Shown here: piece by piece, positions 21,239 through 32,646 of the stretch
Layout of the letters: each line of letters begins with the position of its first letter
Position numbering within the stretch: position 1 is the stretch's first letter
Sequence record: OK570374
Source of the DNA: Escherichia phage UoN_LG358_1
Reading direction: 5' to 3' (one strand)
Length of the DNA: 64,000 bases
Notes under the pieces: generated by a model
What the model was told of the DNA's origin: nothing
The model's input: only the letters and a program-made list of their open reading frames with translations
Databases searched by the model: none
Program-made: the position numbers and the translations under genes

Positions 21239-21634
21239 TCATCTATTACTTGAAGCAAGTTGTAGTTTAATCTGCTCGATATCATCCGGATTATCAACAA
21301 CGCTGAATTGAACTTCCACTATAAGCGTGTAATCATCATAAACTGGAGTGACATTAACTGCTAAATATCTAATCCTCGGCTCGTATGCTCGTATAGAAGA
21401 TTCTATATTTCGTTGAACAGTGTCAGCAGTCAATGGCGTCATATTTTCAAATAATTGGTCCGTAAGCGAGCAACCAAAATTTGGGTCAAAAGGCCTGCTT
21501 CCTTTTCTAGTTGTTATAATACCTAAAAGAGAGTTTTTAATTGCCCGAAGCCCGCGTGAGCGCGCTACGTCTTTATCCCAGTCCATTTTAAATTCTGGGT
21601 CAATATCTGAATACAAATTTTTTATATCAGCCAT
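21239..21634 (-). CDS. 25: baseplate wedge protein
   Basis: 131 aa; MADIKNLYSDIDPE.. matches remembered T4 gp25. Confidence 0.9.
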   Translation of the reverse strand: MADIKNLYSDIDPEFKMDWDKDVARSRGLRAIKNSLLGIITTRKGSRPFDPNFGCSLTDQLFENMTPLTADTVQRNIESSIRAYEPRIRYLAVNVTPVYDDYTLIVEVQFSVVDNPDDIEQIKLQLASSNR

Positions 21635-22263
21635 TATATTAACTTAAAGAATTCTTTAAGCCCCTTTATGATATGAACATGATTTTCTCCGCATTCACTG
21701 CATTTAACCGGAACTGCGAGTTGTACTGTGGGTTTTAGCAGGAGATTTTTAATATTAATGATATCGTCTTCTGTTATAGCAGAATATAAATCTTCTATTT
21801 CTCTGCTGTTTAAATCTTCAATACCGATAGTTTCGCCATTAACGTGAATGGTTTGAATACACGACGATATCATAGAAGCAATGTTCTCATCCTCGAAAAG
21901 ATTTGGATATCTGAGTTTTATTTTAAAATGTCTCAGGTTATACCAGAGCTCCTCTGGTTCATCGATACATGCGAATGTAAAGTTAATCGGCACTTGTGTT
22001 TCATGTCCGCAGGAACACACCCATGTATTCTGGTGATTAACCTCACCTAAACTGTGAGACCACAAATTTACTAACAATAATTCAGATTCTTGCTTGTTCA
22101 AATTTTTAGCATTTGTACAGTTTTTAATCAAATCTAATACGTTTTGCTTTACATGACCATTTTGTTTAGCTATGATTAGATTTTTATATTCTTCTAGTGT
22201 AAAAGCCCTGCACTCGATGGTCTTTTCACCGATTAGGACTTCAAAATTATAGTCATAGTTCAT
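21634..22263 (-). CDS. 26: baseplate hub protein
   Basis: 209 aa; position between 25 and 51; late promoter at 22285..22292. Confidence 0.8.
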   Translation of the reverse strand: MNYDYNFEVLIGEKTIECRAFTLEEYKNLIIAKQNGHVKQNVLDLIKNCTNAKNLNKQESELLLVNLWSHSLGEVNHQNTWVCSCGHETQVPINFTFACIDEPEELWYNLRHFKIKLRYPNLFEDENIASMISSCIQTIHVNGETIGIEDLNSREIEDLYSAITEDDIINIKNLLLKPTVQLAVPVKCSECGENHVHIIKGLKEFFKLI

Positions 22264-22284
22264 GATTTACTCCTCTTATTACTT

Positions 22285-22292
22285 TATTTATA
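22285..22292 (-). promoter_or_regulatory. late promoter box for gene 26
   Basis: Minus-strand TATAAATA upstream of the ATG at 22263; overlaps the gene 51 box. Confidence 0.6.
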
Positions 22293-22296
22293 AATA
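22289..22296 (+). promoter_or_regulatory. late promoter box for gene 51
   Basis: TATAAATA upstream of the ATG at 22315; part of palindrome TATTTATAAATA. Confidence 0.65.
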
Positions 22297-22314
22297 TTAA
22301 TAAAGGAGACCACA

Positions 22315-23067
22315 ATGGCTAATATCATACGATGTGTGCTTCCTGATGGTGTTCACCGTTTCAAACCGTTTACAGTCGCAGATTATCGAGATTTTCTGCT
22401 TGTTAGAAACGATTTACTGAACAAGTCATCGGACGAGCAGACTAATATACTAAATGAACTTTTAAATGATTATTTTCCCGAATTTCCCGAAACTTGGAGA
22501 CCTCATATTTTTCTTAAAGTTTTTACCGGGTCAATAGGAAAAACAAAAATACCAATTGCGTTTTCATGCCCGGTTTGCGAAAAGAAGAAACAAACATTAT
22601 TTGATTTGCATTTGAATGATTTAAAATCTCCAGAAGTAGAAGTTGCTGGTATTAAAATTTATTTTAATTTTCCTAATAAATTTTATGAAGATAAAGCCCA
22701 ACAAATTAATGATAATATAAAGTCTGTTTTATATAACGGAACAGAAATTTTATGGGAAGATTTATCAGAAGACGATAAGTTACAAGTTATCGACGCTATA
22801 GATATTGACACATTAGAAAAAATAATAAGTCAAATGACACCAATGAGTTTAACTCTTAAAATGAAATGCTGTAAAACTACCACTATAAAATATGAAGATT
22901 TTTTAAATATATTTTGTCTTCTATTAAATCCAGATGAAGTTTTTAGTTTTTATCAGATTAACCATATGCTGGTAAAGAACCAATACGATATGAACAGTAT
23001 AATGAATATGATACCTGTAGAACGAAGCATAGCTCTTTCGTTGGTGGAGAAGGATAATAGCAAATGA
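22315..23067 (+). CDS. 51: baseplate hub assembly protein
   Basis: 250 aa; divergent from gene 26 across a shared late-promoter region. Confidence 0.8.
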   Translation: MANIIRCVLPDGVHRFKPFTVADYRDFLLVRNDLLNKSSDEQTNILNELLNDYFPEFPETWRPHIFLKVFTGSIGKTKIPIAFSCPVCEKKKQTLFDLHLNDLKSPEVEVAGIKIYFNFPNKFYEDKAQQINDNIKSVLYNGTEILWEDLSEDDKLQVIDAIDIDTLEKIISQMTPMSLTLKMKCCKTTTIKYEDFLNIFCLLLNPDEVFSFYQINHMLVKNQYDMNSIMNMIPVERSIALSLVEKDNSK

Positions 23068-24206
23068 TAACACAAATTCCAGGTTTTCCCAATTTAAGTA
23101 TAAAACTTTATCAAGATTATGATTCTTGGCAAACCAACCGATACGTCGAGCTTGCGGCTACCGTAATAACTTTAACAATGCGCGACGGTCTATATGGTAG
23201 AAATGAAGGTGTATTGCAATTCTTCGATTCAAAGAATTTACACACTTTAATGGACGGCAGACAAATAATACAAATATCCGTAGCTAATTCAAATACAAAG
23301 AAAGTGCAAAACAGAATTTATGGATGTAAACACTATAGCGTATCTGTTGATTCCAAAGGAGATAATATTTTAGCTATAAATTTAGGACTGATACATGAAA
23401 TAGAAGACCTAAAATTTAGCAGATGCTTTTTTAATGATGCTGGTGAATCACTTAAAGAAATGATCGGTGTCATATATGAAGATAAACCTTTAATAGCTCC
23501 TGCTATCAACACAATCAACACATACGTTCCTCGGGTTCCGTGGACTAGCAATATAACAACTTATAAGCAATACGTCCGAGATATAGGTTTAGCTGTAGAT
23601 AATGACCAATTTGTTTTTGTATGGGAAGACATTTATGGTTTAAACATGATGGACTATAACACTATGGTAAATCAAGAGACCACAAAAGTTGTAGTTGGTG
23701 AACCTAGGACAATAGGACAATTTGTTAATGAGCTTGAGTATAATTTAGCTTATGATTTTGAGTGGCTAACTAAAGCCAACTCTCATGTACGAGACCCTAT
23801 TTTTAACGCTACTATATATTCACACTCATTTATGGATAATGAAATTCCAAGAATAGTAACTGGAGATGGTAGCAATAGTATTTTTGTTTCTAGGTCTGGT
23901 GCGTATTCGGAGATGACATACAGGAACGGATATGAAGAAGCAGTTCGTATCCAAACTATGGCGCAATATGATGGTTATGCTACCTGTAAAATGGTCGGAG
24001 ATTTTGAAATGACTCCAGGCGATAAAATAAATTTCTTCGATACAAAGAGACAGTTCAGAGCTGATTTTTATATCGATGAAGTCATTCATGAAGTTTCCAA
24101 TAATCAAAGTATAACTACTCTGTATATGTTTACTAATTCTCGTAGAATAGAGAATGTTGAACCAATTAAGGTGAAAAATGAACTTAAACCTGATACTTCC
24201 AATTAA
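23064..24206 (+). CDS. 27: baseplate hub subunit
   Basis: 380 aa; ..GYPNLS..RFVELAATxxTLTMRD.. matches remembered T4 gp27. Confidence 0.9.
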   Translation: MITQIPGFPNLSIKLYQDYDSWQTNRYVELAATVITLTMRDGLYGRNEGVLQFFDSKNLHTLMDGRQIIQISVANSNTKKVQNRIYGCKHYSVSVDSKGDNILAINLGLIHEIEDLKFSRCFFNDAGESLKEMIGVIYEDKPLIAPAINTINTYVPRVPWTSNITTYKQYVRDIGLAVDNDQFVFVWEDIYGLNMMDYNTMVNQETTKVVVGEPRTIGQFVNELEYNLAYDFEWLTKANSHVRDPIFNATIYSHSFMDNEIPRIVTGDGSNSIFVSRSGAYSEMTYRNGYEEAVRIQTMAQYDGYATCKMVGDFEMTPGDKINFFDTKRQFRADFYIDEVIHEVSNNQSITTLYMFTNSRRIENVEPIKVKNELKPDTSN

Positions 24207-24705
24207 GAAAATAAAATGCAATAATAAAGAAATATCTATTCCTAAGCTCGGTTTAAAACATCATCATTTAATAAAAGAAGTGAGAGACCTATCAGAAAAT
24301 ATGGGGATTTTGTTGGATTCAATCCACCCAGGCCTCACTGCAGCAGAATCCGACTTAGTGTGTCTTCATTTATTAGAATTCAACGGTAAATTAAAGTCTA
24401 CTGTAACAAAGGACGGTTTTACTTACAATATAAATGACATTTATATATGCCAACGGTTAGAATTTCAATATCAAGGAATTACATTTTATTTTCGTTCTCC
24501 TGAGAGGTACGAAGTTTTTACCACAGTAGATAAAATGCTGTCTTCTTGTTTTATTAAAACTAATTTATCCGACGAGGCACCTGATTTCCTTAGAATGCCA
24601 GCATTTGTTTCAAAATGGGCAGATGATATAACAAACATGATAGCAATTCCTGGTCCACATGAACCTATCAAAGGAACCTCTAAAATATTAGGGCTATTTG
24701 AATGA
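24178..24705 (+). CDS. 28: baseplate hub distal subunit
   Basis: 175 aa; position; overlaps gene 27 end. Confidence 0.75.
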   Translation: MNLNLILPIKKIKCNNKEISIPKLGLKHHHLIKEVRDLSENMGILLDSIHPGLTAAESDLVCLHLLEFNGKLKSTVTKDGFTYNINDIYICQRLEFQYQGITFYFRSPERYEVFTTVDKMLSSCFIKTNLSDEAPDFLRMPAFVSKWADDITNMIAIPGPHEPIKGTSKILGLFE

Positions 24706-26435
24706 AAACCGAAAACATGACATCCTTTAGACGCCGCAAAGTTATTGCTGATTCTAAAGGAGAAAGAGATGCAGCCGCGGCTGCATCAAATCAAGTTGAA
24801 TCATTAGATTCCATAGGGTACAAATTAGACTCAGTTCAATCTGCTACGGAGCTCACATCTGAGGCAATTGAACAGAAATCCAATGATATTATATCCGCTG
24901 TGAATGACACTACAGCTGGTGTTGAATTAACAGCCGAATTTGCTGAGAATACTTCAAAGACGGTAAGAGAATTAACTGATGTAACATCTGCTATAAGCGA
25001 CAAAATATCTAAATTGACAGATATGCTTGAGCAGAAAATACAGGCAGTTCAACAAAAATTTGTTGATAGCTCAAAGGTTACCGATGATACTCTTAAAGTC
25101 ATTGGAGACAGCATTCCTGAGCCCGTTGAAAGTAATTTACCTGCAATCCCGGAAAAAATATTCGATAAACCTGAAGAAAATAATTCTCCGGATGCTGATT
25201 TCTTTCCAACTTTACCAAGTAAAGCCGAAGAAGTTGATAACAAAAAAGACTCCGATAAAAAAATTCTTGACACTGAAAATTTGTTAAAAGATTTAGTCGG
25301 GACTACAAAGACTGGGTTCAAAGCAACAGTTTCAATAACAGATAAGATATCAAATATGTTATTCAAATATACTGTGTCTGCTTTAGCTGAATCGGCAAAA
25401 TTAGCTGGAACTATTTTTGCTATTGTACTTGGTATAGATTTGCTTAGAGCCCATTTTAAATATTGGAGCGATAAATTCAGCAGCAACTTTGACGAATTCA
25501 GTCAATCCGCCGGAGAATGGGGTAGTTTATTGCAATCTGTTCTGGGTTCTTTACAAGAAATTAAAAAATTCTGGGAAAATAATGACTGGTCCGGGTTAGC
25601 TGTGGCAATAGTTAAAGGTCTTGCTGATGTTCTTTATAATTTAAGCGAATTAATGTCTTTAGGCATTTCAAAAATATCCGCCGCTATTTTAAGCGCTCTT
25701 GGATTTGATAATGCTGCTCTATCAATTAAAGGTGCTGCTCTTGAAGGATTTCAAGCAAGAACAGGAAATGAGCTGAATGAAGAAGACCAAGATACATTAG
25801 CTCGTTATCAAACTCGCCGAATTCAAGAAGGGCCGGATGCTTTTGATAAATTTTCCGAATATAAGACTAGAGCTTTTGATTTTATAACAGGACGAGATAA
25901 TAAAAACACCACAACAACGGAACAAGAACGGGAAGCTGAAGTTAAGAAGTTAAAATCTCTTCCAGAAGAAGAATTAAACGAGATTAATAAAAAGAGCAAT
26001 AACGCTAGAGCCGCTTTAGTTAGATTTGAAAAATATATGGGTGATGTTGACCCTGAAAATGCGACTAATATTGAATCTCTGGATAAAGCTTACAATAATG
26101 TTAAATCTCTTGTTAATGATTCTGAACTGAATAAAGCCCCAGCTATTAAAAAGGAATTAGAAGTACGTTTACAAAAAGCTGAAGCTAGATATCAGAAAAT
26201 TAAAACTGAGTCTAAGCCTGAACCTGCTGCCCCATCAGCCTCTGAAGACGTGCAGAAAGTTCAAAACATCGAAAAGGCAGAGCAAGCTAAAAAATCAGAT
26301 GCTAATCAGAACAGTTCATCTAGCGTTGTTAATGCCCAAGTTAATAACGTAAATAATAGTAGAACAATTCAAACTATTAATCCTGTTACTGCTACACCTG
26401 CTCCAGGTGTATTTAAAGCAACGGGCGTAAACTAA
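24702..26435 (+). CDS. 29: tail length tape-measure / hub protein
   Basis: 577 aa, low-complexity and helical; position. Confidence 0.8.
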   Translation: MKTENMTSFRRRKVIADSKGERDAAAAASNQVESLDSIGYKLDSVQSATELTSEAIEQKSNDIISAVNDTTAGVELTAEFAENTSKTVRELTDVTSAISDKISKLTDMLEQKIQAVQQKFVDSSKVTDDTLKVIGDSIPEPVESNLPAIPEKIFDKPEENNSPDADFFPTLPSKAEEVDNKKDSDKKILDTENLLKDLVGTTKTGFKATVSITDKISNMLFKYTVSALAESAKLAGTIFAIVLGIDLLRAHFKYWSDKFSSNFDEFSQSAGEWGSLLQSVLGSLQEIKKFWENNDWSGLAVAIVKGLADVLYNLSELMSLGISKISAAILSALGFDNAALSIKGAALEGFQARTGNELNEEDQDTLARYQTRRIQEGPDAFDKFSEYKTRAFDFITGRDNKNTTTTEQEREAEVKKLKSLPEEELNEINKKSNNARAALVRFEKYMGDVDPENATNIESLDKAYNNVKSLVNDSELNKAPAIKKELEVRLQKAEARYQKIKTESKPEPAAPSASEDVQKVQNIEKAEQAKKSDANQNSSSSVVNAQVNNVNNSRTIQTINPVTATPAPGVFKATGVN

Positions 26436-26444
26436 GGAAAAATT

Positions 26445-27497
26445 ATGATTGTTAAAGAGCTTAAAGATACGGCTAAAGAACTATGGAATAAAGGCGAAAA
26501 AATTTCTGCTGGTCAAAGTTCTCAATCATCTAAAATTAAAAGTACTGTAACTGTACAATACCCGTCTGAGCGTTCAGCTGGTAACGATGTTACAGGCAAC
26601 TTGAGAGTTCACGATTTATATAAAAACGGTCTTTTATTTACCGCATACGATATGAATTCTAGAACCTCTGGTGATATGAGAAATATGCGTCTGGGAGAAC
26701 TCAGACGTACTTCACAAGATATAGTCAAATCCGTGACCGGTAAAAATACTAAACAGGTTGATAAAATACCTGTTGCTAATATTCTTTTGCCTAGGTCTAA
26801 ATCTGACGTTGATTCGACTTCGCATAAATTTAATGACGTTGCTGATTCTTTAATTTCAAGAGGCGGGGGAACTGCTACGGGAGTTTTAAGTAATGTTGCG
26901 TCAACTGCTGTATTTGGTGCGTTGGAGTCTGTAACTCAAGGACTAATGGCTGATAATAATGAGCAGATATACAATACGGCTAGAAGCATGTATGCTGGCG
27001 CTGATAACCGTACAAAAGTATTCACTTGGGACTTAACTCCGCGTTCTGTTCATGACCTTATAGCTATTGTTGAAATATACGAATATTTTAATTATTATTC
27101 TTATGGTGAAACTGGTAATTCAACTTTTGCAAAAGAAGTTAAATCTACTTTAGATGAATGGTATAAATCCACTTTTTTAGATACTTTAACACCTACCGGT
27201 GCTCCTCAAAACGATACAGTGTTTGAGAAAATAACTTCATTTTTAAGTAACGTTATTGTTGTAAGTAACCCTACCGTGTGGTATGTAAGAAACTTTGGTA
27301 ATACTTCTAAATTTGATGGTAAAACTGATATTTTTGGACCGTGCCAGATACAAAGCATACGATTTGATAAAACTCCTAACGGAATTTTCAATGGTCTGGC
27401 TGTTGCACCAAACTTACCGAGTACTTTCACTTTAGAAATAACAATGCGCGAAATACTTACACTCAACAGGTCGTCAATATATTCGGAAGGTTTTTAA
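26445..27497 (+). CDS. 48: baseplate-tail tube junction protein
   Basis: 350 aa; position. Confidence 0.8.
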   Translation: MIVKELKDTAKELWNKGEKISAGQSSQSSKIKSTVTVQYPSERSAGNDVTGNLRVHDLYKNGLLFTAYDMNSRTSGDMRNMRLGELRRTSQDIVKSVTGKNTKQVDKIPVANILLPRSKSDVDSTSHKFNDVADSLISRGGGTATGVLSNVASTAVFGALESVTQGLMADNNEQIYNTARSMYAGADNRTKVFTWDLTPRSVHDLIAIVEIYEYFNYYSYGETGNSTFAKEVKSTLDEWYKSTFLDTLTPTGAPQNDTVFEKITSFLSNVIVVSNPTVWYVRNFGNTSKFDGKTDIFGPCQIQSIRFDKTPNGIFNGLAVAPNLPSTFTLEITMREILTLNRSSIYSEGF

Positions 27498-28414
27498 TGT
27501 ATACTTTAGATGAATTTAAAAATCAGGCAGCTAATATAGACTTCCAAAGAACAAATATGTTTAGCTGCGTCTTTGCGACTACTCCTTCTGCGAAATCCCA
27601 GCAGTTATTGGACCAATTTGGAGGGATGCTATTTAATAATCTTCCACTGAATAATGACTGGCTTGGGTTAACGCAAGGAGAATTTACTCAGGGCTTAACA
27701 AATATAATAACTTCTGGTACAAGAGATTTAACTAGAAAATCTGGCGTATCCAAATATCTCATTGGAGCTATGAGTAACCGAGTTGTTCAATCTTTATTAG
27801 GCGAATTTGAAGTAGGAACATACCTGATTGATTTTTTCAATATGGTTTATCCTCAATCGGGCTTAATGATTTATTCTGTTAAAATACCAGAGAATAGATT
27901 GTCACATGAAATGGACTTCATGCACAATTCTCCTAATATAAAAATAACTGGCAGAGATTTAGAACCGTTAACAGTGTCATTCAGAATGGACCCAGAAGCT
28001 TCAAATTATAGGGCTATGCAGGATTGGGTTAATGCTGTTCAAGACCCGGTAACAGGGCTTAGAGCACTTCCAACTGATGTTGAAGCTGATATACAAGTCA
28101 ATTTACACGCTCGTAATGGAATACCTCACACTGTTATTATGTTCACTGGGTGCATACCAATTAGTTGTGGAGCCCCTGAATTGACATATGAGGGAGATAA
28201 CCAGATTGCTGTTTTTGATGTAACATTTGCTTATAGAGTGATGCAGGCGGGAGCCGTTGGACGTCAGGCAGCGATAGATTGGTTAGAAGATAAAACTGTC
28301 GATTCAATAGATAAGATAAATCCCGATTTATCTCTAAACGGAAGTTTAAGCAGACTTTCGAGATTAGGAGGAGCTGGCGGGGGTATTTCTAATATTGTAA
28401 ATAGAGTATTCTAA
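27497..28414 (+). CDS. 54: baseplate-tail tube initiator
   Basis: 305 aa; TAATG coupling to gene 48; hairpin terminator after stop. Confidence 0.8.
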   Translation: MYTLDEFKNQAANIDFQRTNMFSCVFATTPSAKSQQLLDQFGGMLFNNLPLNNDWLGLTQGEFTQGLTNIITSGTRDLTRKSGVSKYLIGAMSNRVVQSLLGEFEVGTYLIDFFNMVYPQSGLMIYSVKIPENRLSHEMDFMHNSPNIKITGRDLEPLTVSFRMDPEASNYRAMQDWVNAVQDPVTGLRALPTDVEADIQVNLHARNGIPHTVIMFTGCIPISCGAPELTYEGDNQIAVFDVTFAYRVMQAGAVGRQAAIDWLEDKTVDSIDKINPDLSLNGSLSRLSRLGGAGGGISNIVNRVF

Positions 28415-28446
28415 AATAAAAGGGGACCAACGCGGTCCCCTTTTTT
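28415..28446. terminator. bidirectional terminator between gene 54 and the alt-proximal ORF
   Basis: GGGGACC-aacgc-GGTCCCC flanked by an A-run and TTTTTT. Confidence 0.8.
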
Positions 28447-28448
28447 AG

Positions 28449-28739
28449 TTAACGAAATACAACAAATCCTACTACATTAGATATTTGATTGTCCTCAGCG
28501 ATAATACTAATTGCACACGGAACTTCACCAACTAAATTACCCGACAATACGCCAGAAATATAGTTATCAGCTTGTCCTTCTTTTACCCCAAATCTCGGTA
28601 AAGGGTGTAATTGAAAATTTTTGTCAGTTCCATACAATTCTTGAAGCAGTTCATATGCTGCTTCATTAAATTCACGCGAATCAGGTTTAGCATTTTCAAT
28701 TACAATTTCAGTGCTTGCAATACGTAAAATAGATTTCAT
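28449..28739 (-). CDS. hypothetical protein (alt-proximal)
   Basis: Track start 28787 lies upstream of the early promoter at 28768..28797; ATG at 28739 (MKSILRIAS..) has GAGGAA RBS and is downstream of that promoter. Confidence 0.45.
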   Translation of the reverse strand: MKSILRIASTEIVIENAKPDSREFNEAAYELLQELYGTDKNFQLHPLPRFGVKEGQADNYISGVLSGNLVGEVPCAISIIAEDNQISNVVGFVVFR

Positions 28740-28767
28740 AATATGTTCCTCATGTTGATTTAGTATA

Positions 28768-28797
28768 ATTATAACACATCCTTCCATGGATGTAAAC
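28768..28797 (-). promoter_or_regulatory. early-type promoter (-35 GTTTACA, 17-nt spacer, -10 TATAAT)
   Basis: Read on the minus strand; drives the ORF 28449..28739. Confidence 0.6.
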
Positions 28798-28799
28798 GG

Positions 28800-30908
28800 T
28801 CAATCGACAAAACGATTTGGTGTATCGTCGAGGTCTATAAACGAAGCTAAAAGAGATAAAACACTGGTCTCTTCAGATATTTTCGCGGATTTGACAAAAT
28901 TACCAAAATCAATCAATCCAGCGCCCAAACTCCCTCGTTCTGTATCATCTGAATACTCTATAACTTCACCAGTTTCCATTAAATGGTCCCCGTCATAAAC
29001 AACAGTACATTCAGAAAGTTGTTCTGATGTCATGATTTCAGCTTGAATGAATTTTTGATTGCTGTATTCCATTCCGTCATTATATGAAGCATCTGTGATT
29101 TTGTTAATTTGAACCATCGTACCACGAGGTAAAATGATTTCCATTTCACTAGTCATGTTACTTAAATCACCTGGATAAATCACATTAACTTTATGAGCGC
29201 CGTCAATAGCCCAACCAACATTAACTTTAATACGCTCTTGTTTAACTGGGTCCATTTTAGACTCATAATCGTCTAATTTAACGTCTTCAATGCCACCGTC
29301 AATATTCAATACATTCCTAGTAGCGTCAGACGTAAATGCGACACCCTGATTACCTTTCCACCCGCCAAAAATAATCGGAGCTAAAGAAGTTGATACGTAA
29401 TTCCTAAAATAGAATACTCTGTTTTTAACCAAAGCTTCATATATCGGTTTGCGAATTGTTTGAGAACGCCAAATTGTGATTCCTTCTGGTAGTCTATCGC
29501 CTCTTAAAAAAGCTTTATCTAAACTAGAAATCGCCTTTTTGACTTCTTTTTCTGTTAATGTATCATAGTTGTCGATAGTGTATCGACCGAGTAACATATT
29601 ATTGATATCAGAATACGCAGAACCAACATATTCTTTTATGCCCTGACGCTCTTCTTTAGTATATTGCTTTGGAGTGCGGTACATAGTAATATCACGAATA
29701 TTACGAGATACTGTTTTAGCATAACCTTGCAATAGCTCTTTTATAAGCTTAACTCTTTGCATGTTCCATGCGCGTTCAGCGTGTTCTTGCTTTTCTAAAG
29801 CAGACATACCGTAAGGAGCTGATTTTATTTGAGCCTCAATGAAATTATGCTTATTTTCTTCTAATCTGTCAAGCATAGTCTGCACAAATGCTTGCATACT
29901 TTTGACAGAAGTTAAATTATCATCGCCAATTCGCTTTAAAAGCTCCTTTTGAACATTTTTTTCTTCTCTTTCAAAATCCGTAAATGTCTTACCTACGATT
30001 TTGGAAACATGATAGACAATTTCACCTGATGCAGTAAGAGCTGATACAGCCTTTGAAGCTTTTGAGCTTATAGCATTTAAAATCTCTTTGGATTCTGGAA
30101 TTATTTTCGCCGTAGCAGGTTTACTAAATTCAGCGGCGGTAGCTTCATAGCGTTCAAAATCTGGGCCTTCAAAACGTTCAGTTTCCAAAGACTGTGACAT
30201 CGCGACCTGGCGACGAGAAATTTTAGCTCGAGAAATTACGCTTTGAACTGAACGAGTGTCATTTTCCTTTGCAATAGATGAAGCAATTGCCGTGTTTTTG
30301 GAAACTTGATTGCCGGTTTTAACATCAACGTAAACTTCGCCTACAGCAGTATCAACCTTCTTGAACTCATCCGTTGATATCTCTGGGACCCCTGGAACGG
30401 TTGAGAGGTCAATATTTTTACGATGAATAAGAATATATGCGTACTTCTTATCATAATCCCAGAGTTCTTTGAGTATAACGTATTTACCTCCAGTGCGGCT
30501 ACGGACTAATCGGTCCATGATAATCTGGAGTTGACGGGCTTGTCCGCCAATTTTAGATTTAGTGATACGGAACAACACTGCATCAATTTTATATTGACGC
30601 ATAGATGAATAAACAATATTGAATACGGTAGAAATAGTTCCGATTGGGTCTGGACCCAAGTTTTTCATTTTAACCAAAGAACCTTTTTCGCTCAAAGATA
30701 ACATAACTACGTGCGCCATCTTATCGCCAGGCTTAATATTTTTATTAGTATCGCCGCCTGACGTATAAGTACACATACGAAAAGCCGGCGTCGTACCTTG
30801 GTCAATTTCGCCAATAGCAAAAATCTGTGGTATTTTCGTTTTTGGATAAAGATTTGTAACCGGAAGGTCCAACTTATCTTCATCAAAAACTTCATTTAAT
30901 TCTAACAT
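28800..30908 (-). CDS. alt: ADP-ribosyltransferase Alt
   Basis: 702 aa; R..STS..EME ADP-ribosyltransferase-like triad in the C-terminal part (YVSTSLAP, SEMEIILP); T4 alt position; own minus-strand TATAAATA box. Confidence 0.8.
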   Translation of the reverse strand: MLELNEVFDEDKLDLPVTNLYPKTKIPQIFAIGEIDQGTTPAFRMCTYTSGGDTNKNIKPGDKMAHVVMLSLSEKGSLVKMKNLGPDPIGTISTVFNIVYSSMRQYKIDAVLFRITKSKIGGQARQLQIIMDRLVRSRTGGKYVILKELWDYDKKYAYILIHRKNIDLSTVPGVPEISTDEFKKVDTAVGEVYVDVKTGNQVSKNTAIASSIAKENDTRSVQSVISRAKISRRQVAMSQSLETERFEGPDFERYEATAAEFSKPATAKIIPESKEILNAISSKASKAVSALTASGEIVYHVSKIVGKTFTDFEREEKNVQKELLKRIGDDNLTSVKSMQAFVQTMLDRLEENKHNFIEAQIKSAPYGMSALEKQEHAERAWNMQRVKLIKELLQGYAKTVSRNIRDITMYRTPKQYTKEERQGIKEYVGSAYSDINNMLLGRYTIDNYDTLTEKEVKKAISSLDKAFLRGDRLPEGITIWRSQTIRKPIYEALVKNRVFYFRNYVSTSLAPIIFGGWKGNQGVAFTSDATRNVLNIDGGIEDVKLDDYESKMDPVKQERIKVNVGWAIDGAHKVNVIYPGDLSNMTSEMEIILPRGTMVQINKITDASYNDGMEYSNQKFIQAEIMTSEQLSECTVVYDGDHLMETGEVIEYSDDTERGSLGAGLIDFGNFVKSAKISEETSVLSLLASFIDLDDTPNRFVD

Positions 30909-30931
30909 AAACAGTCCTCTATAGTTTATTA

Positions 30932-30939
30932 TATTTATA
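30932..30939 (-). promoter_or_regulatory. late promoter box for alt
   Basis: Minus-strand TATAAATA 24 nt upstream of the alt ATG, then GAGGA RBS. Confidence 0.6.
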
Positions 30940-30943
30940 GACG

Positions 30944-30962
30944 AAAAAAGCCCCGAAGGGCT
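30944..30962 (-). terminator. terminator between gene 30 block and alt promoter
   Basis: AGCCC-cgaa-GGGCT with minus-strand U-run. Confidence 0.55.
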
Positions 30963-31141
30963 TAATACATTTTTGTTACTTGTCGCCAGATTTTAATTCC
31001 CGGAGCTTCTTCAAATGATACTACATCTTCAAAATACTTATCGGCTATATCCCAACTATTAAATTCGAGCTGGTTTGTTGTGATAGCTACATTACCATTG
31101 TCTGATAGAACAGTAACTTCTAATAAAATATCGTAACTCAT
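30962..31141 (-). CDS. small ORF (59 aa) between gene 30 and alt
   Basis: Not in track; ATG overlaps gene 30 stop (ATGA); stop lies in the terminator hairpin. Confidence 0.35.
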   Translation of the reverse strand: MSYDILLEVTVLSDNGNVAITTNQLEFNSWDIADKYFEDVVSFEEAPGIKIWRQVTKMY

Positions 31142-32595
31142 AATCCAGTAACCTCATGGAAATCACCCCAGATATCTGCAAACGTATTAGCAACATCTTT
31201 ATCACGCCGCATCTTTATCGCAATAGGAAGAAACAGTTTAACATAATCGGTGCGACCATCAGCGGCCAACCAACCATTACATTCACTTTCCAATACGCTT
31301 CCGATATATTCTTCTTGGTTTTCCCAAATGCGCGTACGGTCCAGTTCGTGAGCATCTTTTCCGGGCTTGTCTTTTAAGCCTGAACCAGCTTTAACTTTAA
31401 TTAACCCGCATTCCGATTCAAGATAAAAACCACCAGCTTTTCCTGGGTGTTTACTATGAGGATAAATTCCAACAATACGAAGGTCAACAGTAATTACTTC
31501 TTTAAATTTATATTGGTTTTTTGAACGAGCATTCTCCCAAAAACCACCAATATTCTTAAGAATAATCCCTTCGAGTCCTTTATCAACATATTTGCGATAA
31601 ACGACTTTAGCTTCGTCAAGATTGTGGACGATATGGTTCTCAATGAGAATCATCTGAGAGTAGTCTTGAACCATTAGTTCCAGCGCTCGGAAACGAACAT
31701 CATACGCAAAACCAGGTTCTTTTCCATCGGAATATACTACATCCAATGGAACATAATCCCACACTTGAAACTTCATACCTGCAGCTTCTTTGGCTGAGAT
31801 AGTTCCTTTCAGAGATTTGTTGGCTAGTCCGTTTGACGCAGTTCGAGATTCGTTTTCTTCTGATTTACTCAATTCAGTCAAATCACCAAACATGCCATCT
31901 AGTGGTCCAGAAGGTTCTTTCGCAGCATGATAAACCAACTCACCGTCAATCATCACCCCGCCCGGATGACGTTCACGAGCTTCTTTGGTCATATCAATAA
32001 GTTGCTGTTTTAACAAATCTAAACCAAGATATTCGTTACCAGCGCGAGACAGAATTTTTACATCATCTAATTCATCACCACGAACTTCGGCAAACGCCCT
32101 TGCGCCATCGGCCTTAAGCTGTGCAAATGCAGGGAATTTAATATTCTTAAGAATATCTTTTTCGTTATAAGACGAAGCAAGCATTTGTGGTTGTTCTGGA
32201 ATTAATCCAGCCCAAACTTTATTTGCAATAGAACGGGATGCACCACAACGAAGGTCACGAAGAAGAACCTTTTTCAATACTTCGCGGTCAGATTCATTCA
32301 TTCGTTGTAATGTAGAAGCTAATTTGTCTAAAGCTGCATTTCCAGTTATTTTACGAGTAGCGAACAAATTCTCTAAAACATCTAAAGCAGAATTCAAAGA
32401 AAATTGAGTTGCATTAGGCAGATAGCAATCTGGATTATTCCACTTCTTGATGTAATATTGAAGTTTTCCGTCATAAGTCATTCGAAATACGCGCTTTAAA
32501 ACTTCATTATCTTTATTGCGACGAATGATTGCTTCTTTTTCTTTGGTAGAACCTATGGCTGCAATTTCATTAATAATATCTAAAATCATATTCAT
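31138..32595 (-). CDS. 30: ATP-dependent DNA ligase
   Basis: 485 aa; KADGAR adenylation motif; translation matches remembered T4 ligase along its length. Confidence 0.95.
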   Translation of the reverse strand: MNMILDIINEIAAIGSTKEKEAIIRRNKDNEVLKRVFRMTYDGKLQYYIKKWNNPDCYLPNATQFSLNSALDVLENLFATRKITGNAALDKLASTLQRMNESDREVLKKVLLRDLRCGASRSIANKVWAGLIPEQPQMLASSYNEKDILKNIKFPAFAQLKADGARAFAEVRGDELDDVKILSRAGNEYLGLDLLKQQLIDMTKEARERHPGGVMIDGELVYHAAKEPSGPLDGMFGDLTELSKSEENESRTASNGLANKSLKGTISAKEAAGMKFQVWDYVPLDVVYSDGKEPGFAYDVRFRALELMVQDYSQMILIENHIVHNLDEAKVVYRKYVDKGLEGIILKNIGGFWENARSKNQYKFKEVITVDLRIVGIYPHSKHPGKAGGFYLESECGLIKVKAGSGLKDKPGKDAHELDRTRIWENQEEYIGSVLESECNGWLAADGRTDYVKLFLPIAIKMRRDKDVANTFADIWGDFHEVTGL

Positions 32596-32646
32596 CTTCT
32601 CTGTTTATAAGGATACAACTATTTTATCATATCCAGATTAAAGCTT

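Noticed and set aside
24486-25486. Several ORFs on both strands inside genes 28 and 29
   Set aside because: Embedded in or antisense to structural genes; no independent signals.
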